Shown piece by piece: positions 35,828 through 43,702 of a DNA stretch of 56,095 nt. The stretch spans positions 1 to 56,095 of the IMG/VR virus record IMGVR_UViG_3300038549_000050; one strand, given 5' to 3'. The notes beneath the pieces were generated by a model. The model searched no databases. It had not been told where the DNA came from and saw only the letters and a list, made by a program, of their open reading frames with translations. The DNA is from a virus. Lineage: Duplodnaviria > Caudoviricetes. Every line of letters starts with the position of its first letter. The stretch's first letter is position 1. The position numbers were made by a program, and so were the translations under genes.

Positions 35828-36186
35828 AATCGACAGCCGATCTTGCAATCGAGGTCATGCGCCTGCCTGGCTGGCTTGATGCCAATGAGGAGCCTGATAG
35901 CGAGGACGCAGCCCACATCGTGCGCACCTATACCGCCTACTTCAACGAATGGGTGCTGCGCGATGTCGCTTACTGGCCGCTTGCCGAGATCCCCGAAGAG
36001 GTTTTCATTCACATTGTGCGCATCATTGCGGACTCCGTCGCGCCGTCATTCGGCGATGCCGCGCCGCAAGAGATAGATATCGAGAGTGGCCAACCCGTTT
36101 CCATGGGTCATAAGGGCTGGCTTGGTCTCAAGCGTGTGACTTCAAGAGACAAAACCGGAGTTCCGACAGAGGTGAGCTACTTCTGA
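35821..36186 (+). CDS. Head-tail adaptor (P22 gp4-like)
   Basis: Helical 121-aa protein ending YF, immediately before the gp10-like gene. Confidence 0.65.
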   Translation: MVKSTADLAIEVMRLPGWLDANEEPDSEDAAHIVRTYTAYFNEWVLRDVAYWPLAEIPEEVFIHIVRIIADSVAPSFGDAAPQEIDIESGQPVSMGHKGWLGLKRVTSRDKTGVPTEVSYF

Positions 36187-37619
36187 TGGGCGAACCCGTA
36201 CCGATCAGCCTTGGCCTGAGAACCAATCCGGCTAAGAACCAGCAAGCCGGAAATGCTCAGCTCATCAATTGCTACGCAGAAGAGCATGGCGATGACGGCA
36301 AGGTAAGTTGGATCATCTATGCTACCGAAGGATTGACGGCTCTGGGATCAGAGCTTGCCGGTGGTGGCATCAGGGCGATGATCGTCGTCGGTAACACACT
36401 CTACGCCGTCGCAGGGCGCAATGTCTACTCCGTCAACAACGCAGGCTCATCGACGCTTCTCGGCGGCATCCCGACAGAGGAGCCGGTCTATATGGAGCGA
36501 AATCGCAAGGTCCCCGCTCAGATCGGCATTGTCTCCGGCGGTCTGTATTACGTCATCGACACACTGGCCAATACGCTTACGGAAATCGTCGATCCGGACT
36601 TACCGGCTCCAATATCGATCTCGACGCTAGACGGCTATGGCATTATCCCCGTGACAAATGGGGAGTTCATGTTGACCGGCCTCGATGAGTTCACCATCAT
36701 CGACGGCATCGATGTCGGCACCGCTGAGGCCTACCCTGACGAGATCATCCGGTCAATGGTACTGGAGCGAGAGCTTGTGCTGTTCGGAGAGGACAGCATC
36801 GAATGGCATCAGAATACCGGAGATCCTGATTTCCCCTTTACCAGGGTTCACGCGCTCGAACTCGGCTGTCTGTCAGGAGACGCCGTTTCCAAGGTCGACA
36901 CGCCCGACCGCAAAACGTTGATCTGGGTAGCGCCTGATCACACCGTGCGTCGCATGAACGGCTATGGCGGTCAGGTGATTTCAACCAACGAGATCCATGA
37001 ACTTATCAAAACGCTGGAGCGCGCCGGCAACATCTCCCAACTGAAATCATGCTCATGGGCCTATGAAGGCAATTACTTCTACGCGCTCACCTGCGAAAGC
37101 TGGACGCGGGTTTATAACTCGAAGACTGGTCACTGGCATACGCGCAAATCCTATCTGAAGGATCGCTGGCGCGTCGGTTCCGTCGTCCGGTTCGGTGATA
37201 AGTTGGTGGCCGGTGACTACGAGACCGGCCAGCTCTACATCATGGAGCTTGGTGTGTTCGAAGAGGCCGGAGACTATCTCATCAGCGAGATCATCACGCC
37301 AGATATCGGCGCATTTCCCTATGGGATCAAGGTCTCAGGGCTGTTCATCGAGGCGGCGACAGGCGTCGGCCTGAACTCAGTGGATGAGCATGCTGCCGAT
37401 CCGAAAATCATGGTGTCGTGGTCGAAGGACAGCGGCCATAGCTGGTCGAACGAACGCGAGCGGACGCTGCACCGAACCGCTCAATATAAGCGTGTAAAGC
37501 CGATTTACCGTCTTGGCAAGGCTTCTTCGCGCGGAATGCAGTTGCGGTTCAGGATCTCATCACCGGTTGAGCGGGTGATGATGCAGGCCTCGATTGCGTT
37601 CGATCAGTTGAAGGCGTGA
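36186..37619 (+). CDS. Tail hub / packaged-DNA stabilization protein (P22 gp10-like)
   Basis: AEAYPD, LFGEDSIEW..TG..DFPF, WH.R, WSKDSG.SWSNE, RLG...R..RFRIS. Confidence 0.9.
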   Translation: MGEPVPISLGLRTNPAKNQQAGNAQLINCYAEEHGDDGKVSWIIYATEGLTALGSELAGGGIRAMIVVGNTLYAVAGRNVYSVNNAGSSTLLGGIPTEEPVYMERNRKVPAQIGIVSGGLYYVIDTLANTLTEIVDPDLPAPISISTLDGYGIIPVTNGEFMLTGLDEFTIIDGIDVGTAEAYPDEIIRSMVLERELVLFGEDSIEWHQNTGDPDFPFTRVHALELGCLSGDAVSKVDTPDRKTLIWVAPDHTVRRMNGYGGQVISTNEIHELIKTLERAGNISQLKSCSWAYEGNYFYALTCESWTRVYNSKTGHWHTRKSYLKDRWRVGSVVRFGDKLVAGDYETGQLYIMELGVFEEAGDYLISEIITPDIGAFPYGIKVSGLFIEAATGVGLNSVDEHAADPKIMVSWSKDSGHSWSNERERTLHRTAQYKRVKPIYRLGKASSRGMQLRFRISSPVERVMMQASIAFDQLKA

Positions 37620-37622
37620 CCT

Positions 37623-39269
37623 ATGGCTGACAATCCGTTGCTTCGATGGCTCTCAGGGGAAAGACCAGCGCCAAGCGCTGATCGCAACCCACTCTTGCGG
37701 ACATCCTCAGAGCAGGATTATCTGCAAAGCATGTCTCCTGTGGACGCGATGAGGTTCCGCTGGGAGCTCGGTCAGCGCAACGCCAAGCGGCTGACCGAGG
37801 AAGAGAAGCAGGCCATCGGCCGCAAGAACATGTGGGACCTGCTCTACATGACGCCGATCGTCGGCAATGTGCTGTCGGGGATGGATGTGCCGGGATATTT
37901 CCGCGCCGCTTCGCAGCACGCCGGGGCTGGCGACAAGAGCGAGGCGCGCAAGAACATGCTGCTCGCCGAACTGTCGGCGCTGGGCGCCATCAGCGGGTTG
38001 CCACTGGCACGGTTTATGGGGCGCCCGTCTGGCGCAACACGCGATGCGTCGCGGTCGATGAATACATTTGCCGGGCCGACGGCAAAGAAGCCCAACGAAG
38101 TTACTGTCTATCACGGCACGGCAAACGAATTCGAGCGGTTCGACCCGAACTATTTCGGCCAGCGGACGCAAGGGCGTGGTCCTGGCGAGAAACCGAACAG
38201 GACCACGGAACGGGCTTTCGCTTTTTCCGACGATCCTGCTCAATCCAGCGGATACGCCATCGAGCACCAAGGCGATCTCGCGTCCACAGGACTTGATCCC
38301 GAAAAGATGCGGCAGGCCTATCAAGCGTCTTTGAACGACAGTGGACAGATGATCCCCGAAATCTTTCAACGAGAACGCCAGAAACTCTTGGATGAAAACT
38401 TCAAGAGCGGGGCACGCGTATTCAAGGCGCATATAGACATCGGCGGCATGAAAAACGTCGACATGTCCGGCTATCGTTGGAATGCCGACGAAGGCAAGCG
38501 GTTGCGCAAAGCGCTGAATGACGCTCGCAAGGAGGGCTATAAAGGGCTGATCGTCAAGGGCATGACTGATGGTGACGGATCAACGGCGACGCAATATCTG
38601 ACGTGGACGCCGGGAACCGTGCGCAGCGCGCTGTCCGACAACCAGTTGTTCAGCTTCACCGGCATCCCGGCAGACAAGAAACATGCCGGCGCGGCGGTGC
38701 GCGGGACGGGCGAGAAATTGCCCGCGGACGAGGCCTCGCGCATGGCCCGTGCGAAGCAGATGGGTTTCCGCACGGGCATGGATCTCTACCACGGTACGAA
38801 CCAGGATATTAACGCTTTTGATCTCGGGAAAGGCGGTCGTACGTCGGGAAGCTCAGCGGCCTCGCGCGGAGTATCCGTGGCGCTTGATCCTCAGACGGCT
38901 GGTGAGTTTGCCGATCTTGCGGCCGGCAAACAGGGTAGTGGGCAAAATATCCTTCGACTGCTCCATCGGGCAGATCGTCCGGCTGTATTGTCGTTGGATG
39001 GGACGGAGCGGAATCACGAGATTGCTGCGACATTGGATGACCTCTGGTCTCGCGGCTACGACGCCGTGATGATGAAGAATTACACAACGCCCGGTGGAGA
39101 AAAGGGCCGGACGATCCTGGTGGTCAAGGACCCCTCGCAGCTTCGCTCGCCGAATGCGCAATTCGATCCGGCGAAGCGTAGCAGCGCCGACCTGCTGGCA
39201 GGGATTGCCGGCGCTACCGTTGGCGGCCCCGCAATATATGGGGCCACTCAGGGGGGCGATAGCCGCTGA
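37623..39269 (+). CDS. Probable ejected protein with two ADP-ribosyltransferase-like (ART-PolyVal-type) domains
   Basis: Two YHGT...F..FD / FSDD or ALDP / GYKG or GYDA modules; C-terminal QLRSPNAQFDP. Confidence 0.7.
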   Translation: MADNPLLRWLSGERPAPSADRNPLLRTSSEQDYLQSMSPVDAMRFRWELGQRNAKRLTEEEKQAIGRKNMWDLLYMTPIVGNVLSGMDVPGYFRAASQHAGAGDKSEARKNMLLAELSALGAISGLPLARFMGRPSGATRDASRSMNTFAGPTAKKPNEVTVYHGTANEFERFDPNYFGQRTQGRGPGEKPNRTTERAFAFSDDPAQSSGYAIEHQGDLASTGLDPEKMRQAYQASLNDSGQMIPEIFQRERQKLLDENFKSGARVFKAHIDIGGMKNVDMSGYRWNADEGKRLRKALNDARKEGYKGLIVKGMTDGDGSTATQYLTWTPGTVRSALSDNQLFSFTGIPADKKHAGAAVRGTGEKLPADEASRMARAKQMGFRTGMDLYHGTNQDINAFDLGKGGRTSGSSAASRGVSVALDPQTAGEFADLAAGKQGSGQNILRLLHRADRPAVLSLDGTERNHEIAATLDDLWSRGYDAVMMKNYTTPGGEKGRTILVVKDPSQLRSPNAQFDPAKRSSADLLAGIAGATVGGPAIYGATQGGDSR

Positions 39270-39432
39270 GCATCCAGGTGATGACGCGACAGGCGATCGG
39301 ATTGGGCGGCCGCATGCTGCTGTCGTCCTCCCAGCGGCGGACTGTCCTCGGGTCGGTATTCAGGATGACCCCGAGCTGGGAAGATGAAAGGCCCAACTTT
39401 TGCCGGGCCTGCTTGAATTCAGTGGGGGTCAT
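39214..39432 (-). CDS. XRE-family HTH protein
   Basis: MTPTEFKQARQKLGLS..QL...L....RTVRRWE. Confidence 0.85.
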   Translation of the reverse strand: MTPTEFKQARQKLGLSSSQLGVILNTDPRTVRRWEDDSSMRPPNPIACRVITWMLSGYRPPEWPHILRGRQR

Positions 39433-40025
39433 GCCGCTTGGTCGATCAGATGATCGACCAGCATTTGGATGGCCTCATCCACGTCTTTGATGAGCACGTT
39501 GTCGCCTTTTGCCCAGCTGAGCAGCGACTGGGCAGCACGATTTTTGTCGGCGTCCGTTGCGTCAGCAGTCAGGCCCAACTCCTCGGCCGTGGTATCCATG
39601 GCCGCCGAAACCCATTCCGAGGCGTCCCACACCTCTTTGTTGGAGGTCCAGCGATACTCCTCAACGAGGCGGTTGATCTCCTCCTGCGCCTCACTGGCGT
39701 CGTCATCGAGCGCGCCACGCATGTTGGAGCCGTCCCACTTAACGCTGTGCCCGGCATGCACGCGCTCCAGCAGCGGGCGGATTTTCTCGGCCAGAGCCTC
39801 AACAGCCGCGCGGTCCGCGACCACCAGGGTCCCCTGGGAGAGGCTGTTGCCCCAGGTCAAAGTGCGCATATGCCACTCGTCTATTGGCGTGCCGTTGTTG
39901 GAATTGTGCCGATCGGAGGTGATGATGGCTGCATCGCCGTCCTCGTTCAGCGAGATCTCAAGGTAGGCGATATAGTTAGCGCCACCGAGGATTTCGGACT
40001 CGTCGGATATGATTTCGATGTTCAT
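39429..40025 (-). CDS. Acidic hypothetical protein (moron)
   Basis: 198-aa ORF, GGAG RBS, own promoter. Confidence 0.7.
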   Translation of the reverse strand: MNIEIISDESEILGGANYIAYLEISLNEDGDAAIITSDRHNSNNGTPIDEWHMRTLTWGNSLSQGTLVVADRAAVEALAEKIRPLLERVHAGHSVKWDGSNMRGALDDDASEAQEEINRLVEEYRWTSNKEVWDASEWVSAAMDTTAEELGLTADATDADKNRAAQSLLSWAKGDNVLIKDVDEAIQMLVDHLIDQAA

Positions 40026-40070
40026 TTATGTCTCCAATTTGGCGGGCGTCATTGCCCTCTCGATGATCTG

Positions 40071-40099
40071 AATATAGGGCATATGGCCCTAGATGTCAA
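40071..40099 (-). promoter_or_regulatory. Sigma70 promoter with a palindromic operator
   Basis: TTGACA-17 bp-TATATT on the minus strand; TAGGGC-ATATG-GCCCTA at 40075-40091. Confidence 0.75.
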
Positions 40100-40138
40100 C
40101 AGATAGAATGCATCCGTCAAGAGGTTTCTTCAAAAAAA

Positions 40139-40285
40139 ATGGCCAACCTTACGCTCCCTAACCCTGAGGTCCCCGTGGGCAAGATGAAATGCCCGCACTG
40201 CGGACAGGAGCACGAAGTGAAGATCGATCCGATCTGGTTTCGAAAGCTTCAGGAGCTCCTGAAGCTGATCAATGACAGCCTATAG
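40139..40285 (+). CDS. 48-aa protein with CPHCG
   Basis: Manual translation MANLTLPNPEVPVGKMKCPHCGQEHEVKIDPIWFRKLQELL... Confidence 0.5.
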   Translation: MANLTLPNPEVPVGKMKCPHCGQEHEVKIDPIWFRKLQELLKLINDSL

Positions 40286-40296
40286 GAGAGCGTGTT

Positions 40297-41085
40297 ACGG
40301 GATTCCTTCAGGATCTGACCGGGGCAACGGCGCGCAAGCAGCTCAAGGCCTCGAAGAAAGCCGCCGACAAGGCCCTGACGGAGGGCTACCAGGGCGGCAA
40401 TGCTTTTTACGAGCGGGGCATTGACGTCCTGTCTCCGATTGCGCAAGAAGGCCGTGCCGATACGCAGGTCTATCGCCAGGCGCTTGGCCTTGGAACGCCA
40501 GAGGAAGCGACGGCGGCACAAGACCGGTATTTCAGCGACCCGGCGCAACAGCGGCTGCTCGATCAAAAATCCAACGCGCTCCTGCGTCAACTGAATGCCA
40601 GAGGCAGCGCCTATAATGCTCGGGCTCCTCTGGCCGGTGCGCGCGTCGCGACCGAGAACTACAACAACTGGCTTGATCGCGTCGGCGCTCTCGGCGGACG
40701 CGGCGACAACGCGCTGATGAAAACGGCTGACATCAGGCTCGGTCAGGGCGACATGCGCTATGGTTTCGGCGCGACCATGGCTGGCAATAACATTAATTAT
40801 GGTGGAGCCAGGGCACAGGCTTCAACTCTGGGTGTGAATAACCTGTTAAACGCTGCTGGAACCGCGGCGAAAGCGGCCGCAGCTTTTTCGGATGTTCGAT
40901 TAAAGCGTGACATGAAACGCGTGGGTATCCTGTCGTCAGGACTGCCTGTTTATGAGTTCTCGTATATCTGGAGCCCAGAGCGTTATACTGGCGTTGTTGC
41001 TCAAGAAGCTCTCTCTTATGCGCCATGGGCCGTTGAGGTCGATGAAAGCGGCTATCTCAAGGTTCGGTACGATCTTCTAGTCTAA
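40297..41085 (+). CDS. Ejection/DNA-transfer protein with C-terminal peptidase-S74-like chaperone domain; apparent ACG start
   Basis: Frame open from 40276 to 41085; AGGAG 8 nt before ACG-GGA-TTC-CTT (xGFLQDLTG); SDVRLKRD...GLPVYEFSY...GVVAQE...V.Y. Confidence 0.7.
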   Translation, partial: TGFLQDLTGATARKQLKASKKAADKALTEGYQGGNAFYERGIDVLSPIAQEGRADTQVYRQALGLGTPEEATAAQDRYFSDPAQQRLLDQKSNALLRQLNARGSAYNARAPLAGARVATENYNNWLDRVGALGGRGDNALMKTADIRLGQGDMRYGFGATMAGNNINYGGARAQASTLGVNNLLNAAGTAAKAAAAFSDVRLKRDMKRVGILSSGLPVYEFSYIWSPERYTGVVAQEALSYAPWAVEVDESGYLKVRYDLLV

Positions 41086-41802
41086 CCACCCCCACGCTCT
41101 TCTATTGCGAATTGCTGAGATATGCGATGGGTTAACACAAAAGCGTTTAGCAAGATCATTGACTGGTTTTGTTGACGATCGAATGTAGCGAACATCATTT
41201 TCTGTTAATTTAGTGTAGTAATTTCGGATGCCTCTGTTATGCGTTCCGTGAATGAGTTTGTCAGCATTGTTTTGTATTGGTGTCTTCCAAACACAATGTT
41301 TCGGTGAGCAGCATCCAAGATGACCATTGCCACATATATGCGCAGCTTGGTGTGTGTCTGTTGGGGCAGGTCCATGAATATCTTCACAAACTAACCTGCA
41401 AACCAGCCGAGAAGATCGTTCTGGCATCCAGATTTTGGCGTATCCAGCCTTGCTGCGATAGTATGGCCATATGAGACATTTATCTTTAGAGTATGGCAAT
41501 ACCGTTTCGATATAGAATTTTGCCGCATCGCCAAAAAGACTACGCAATCCACCTTCTGGATTTCCATATATTCTTGATCTTCTTAGATGACCAACGCAAA
41601 AACCATGTCCGTAATGCGGACGATTGCATCCATCTATGTTGCATTGCGGTCTAGTTATTTTCTTTGAAACAAGCGGATCACCATAAACCAAGAATTTATC
41701 ATAGTGGGCTATGCACCAGCCGCGCGCCTTATGTTTCTTGCCACATCCTGGAATAGAGCATAAACGTTGTGTAGCCAAAGTGGCCTCCTGATTAGGTCGC
41801 AT
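41077..41802 (-). CDS. Free-standing HNH homing endonuclease
   Basis: Two CxxxGC..H..GxC..H repeats; CLIW; HICGNGHLGCCSPKH.VW...N; AT-rich. Confidence 0.85.
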   Translation of the reverse strand: MRPNQEATLATQRLCSIPGCGKKHKARGWCIAHYDKFLVYGDPLVSKKITRPQCNIDGCNRPHYGHGFCVGHLRRSRIYGNPEGGLRSLFGDAAKFYIETVLPYSKDKCLIWPYYRSKAGYAKIWMPERSSRLVCRLVCEDIHGPAPTDTHQAAHICGNGHLGCCSPKHCVWKTPIQNNADKLIHGTHNRGIRNYYTKLTENDVRYIRSSTKPVNDLAKRFCVNPSHISAIRNRRAWGWLD

Positions 41803-41884
41803 GGTTAGAACCCGTCGCTGCGCAGCAACGCTCGACGGGTTTGCTATTTCTAGCGCTAGAAAAGGTTAGAGACAAGAGCCGAAC

Positions 41885-43702
41885 ATGGCAGCTTTCTACG
41901 TTCCCCTCCCCGCCTATCGTCCTGGCGGACAGATCGACTTCTCGCCTTTGAATGAAGGCTTGGACGCGCTTGGCCGCACGGTGGAGAAAAATCGCTTGCT
42001 GTCTGAGGCCAAGCAGATCGGCGAAGCCATGCGCTCCGGCGCCACGACCGACGCCAGCGGCGCAACCGTCCCCAATCCGCAGGTCAACCGCCTTCTTGAG
42101 CGGATCTATCCTTCCGAAGGCGCGCCATCCCCAGCGCAGGCCTCGGCGGCGGCAGCGGGGAGAGGGTTTCCGGCTACCTCGCCCGGGGGCTCCTCCCTGC
42201 CTGCAGCCAATGGTAACATGTCGCAATATGCAAGGTCCATTGCGAACATCGAGAGCGGCGGTGACTATGGCGTTCGCGGCCCGGTGACGCGCTCCGGCGA
42301 CCGCGCCTATGGCAAATATCAGGTGATGGGGGCAAATGTTGGCCCATGGACGCAACAGATCCTCGGCAGGGCGATGACGCCAGACGAATTTCTGGCCGAT
42401 CCGCAGGCGCAGGAAAAGGTGTTTGAGGCCAAGTTCGGCGAATATGTCAACCGGACTGGAAGCCCCCAGGATGCCGCCTCGATGTGGTTCACCGGGAGGC
42501 CGGCTGCAGAAGGCGCCAACCGTCGCGCGCGTGACGTCAACGGCAGACCTCTCGGTATCACGGGGCAGGAATACGTCAATCAGTTCAATTCAGGAATTGG
42601 GCAGTCTGGCCAGCCGATGGCGCAAACTGCTTCAGCCCAGCCGCGACCTGCTGGTATCAACTACGCCGCCGGTATCGATGCGGCCTTGAAACAAGGCAAC
42701 ATCCCGCTGGCTCAGCAACTTATTGAGCAGCAGCGTCTGTCGGAGAACGCACCGTTGCAGACGGAGCGCATGACGCAGGACGTGCAGAAAGGCCGCGCTG
42801 AGCTTGAGAGGGCGGCGGAAGTGCGGCTTGCGACACTGGCCAATACGATCCAGTCGGCTACGCCGGAAACGCAGTCAGCGATGTGGCAGAGATTGCTGCA
42901 GACGCATCCAGAAATGGCGGCGCAACTCCAAGCCTACGGCGTCGATCCGCGTGATGTCAAGTCTGGGACCGATTTCTTCATCAATCAGGTTCGCGGGCTG
43001 CCTTCAGCGAAGGAAATCAAGTCCTTTAAGGAAGACGAAGGCCTTTATGTCCCAGGCGGCCCCGGTGGGGTCACCGTATTGCGCGAGCCTGGAGTCAAAC
43101 AGGATACCAAAAACGAGGCCGCGAAATTCGAGCAGTCGCTTCGCAAGGAATATACATCACTCACTGCCGACATGCGTACTATCAACGACAGTTATAGCCG
43201 CTTGCAGGCAAGCTCGAAGCTCGACAGCGGGCCGGCCGACATCGCAATGGTCTACTCATACATGAAGATCCTTGACCCGACTTCGGTCGTTCGAGAGGGT
43301 GAGTACGCAACTGCTGAGCAGACGGCCGGCTTGCCTGAACAGATCGTTGGAACTTACAACAAGCTGATGAGCGGCCAACGCCTGACACCACAGCAAAGGT
43401 CTCAGTTTGTGGACGCTGCAGCCAATCTCGTCAAGGACAAGAATGTCCGTCTCGATATGCTTCGCCGTCAGTTTGGCAACATCGCGACGAATGCCGGCGT
43501 CAGCCCTGAACGGGTTATGCTCGATGAAGGCGCGGCGACTGATGGAAGCGTTCCTCCGCCAGATCAGAAGGTCACTCTAGCGCCGCGTCCGCAGGGCGCG
43601 ACAGATGAGCAGATCATCCGTGAAGCCAATCAGGCGATCAGAGATGGCACAGATCCCGCCGCAGTCAGACAACAGCTCGAAGCATGGGGAATTCGCTTCT
43701 GA
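41885..43702 (+). CDS. Ejection protein with a lysozyme-like/transglycosylase domain
   Basis: IANIESGGDY...AYGKYQVM...FLADPQAQE; later KILDPTSVVREGE motif. Confidence 0.8.
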   Translation: MAAFYVPLPAYRPGGQIDFSPLNEGLDALGRTVEKNRLLSEAKQIGEAMRSGATTDASGATVPNPQVNRLLERIYPSEGAPSPAQASAAAAGRGFPATSPGGSSLPAANGNMSQYARSIANIESGGDYGVRGPVTRSGDRAYGKYQVMGANVGPWTQQILGRAMTPDEFLADPQAQEKVFEAKFGEYVNRTGSPQDAASMWFTGRPAAEGANRRARDVNGRPLGITGQEYVNQFNSGIGQSGQPMAQTASAQPRPAGINYAAGIDAALKQGNIPLAQQLIEQQRLSENAPLQTERMTQDVQKGRAELERAAEVRLATLANTIQSATPETQSAMWQRLLQTHPEMAAQLQAYGVDPRDVKSGTDFFINQVRGLPSAKEIKSFKEDEGLYVPGGPGGVTVLREPGVKQDTKNEAAKFEQSLRKEYTSLTADMRTINDSYSRLQASSKLDSGPADIAMVYSYMKILDPTSVVREGEYATAEQTAGLPEQIVGTYNKLMSGQRLTPQQRSQFVDAAANLVKDKNVRLDMLRRQFGNIATNAGVSPERVMLDEGAATDGSVPPPDQKVTLAPRPQGATDEQIIREANQAIRDGTDPAAVRQQLEAWGIRF

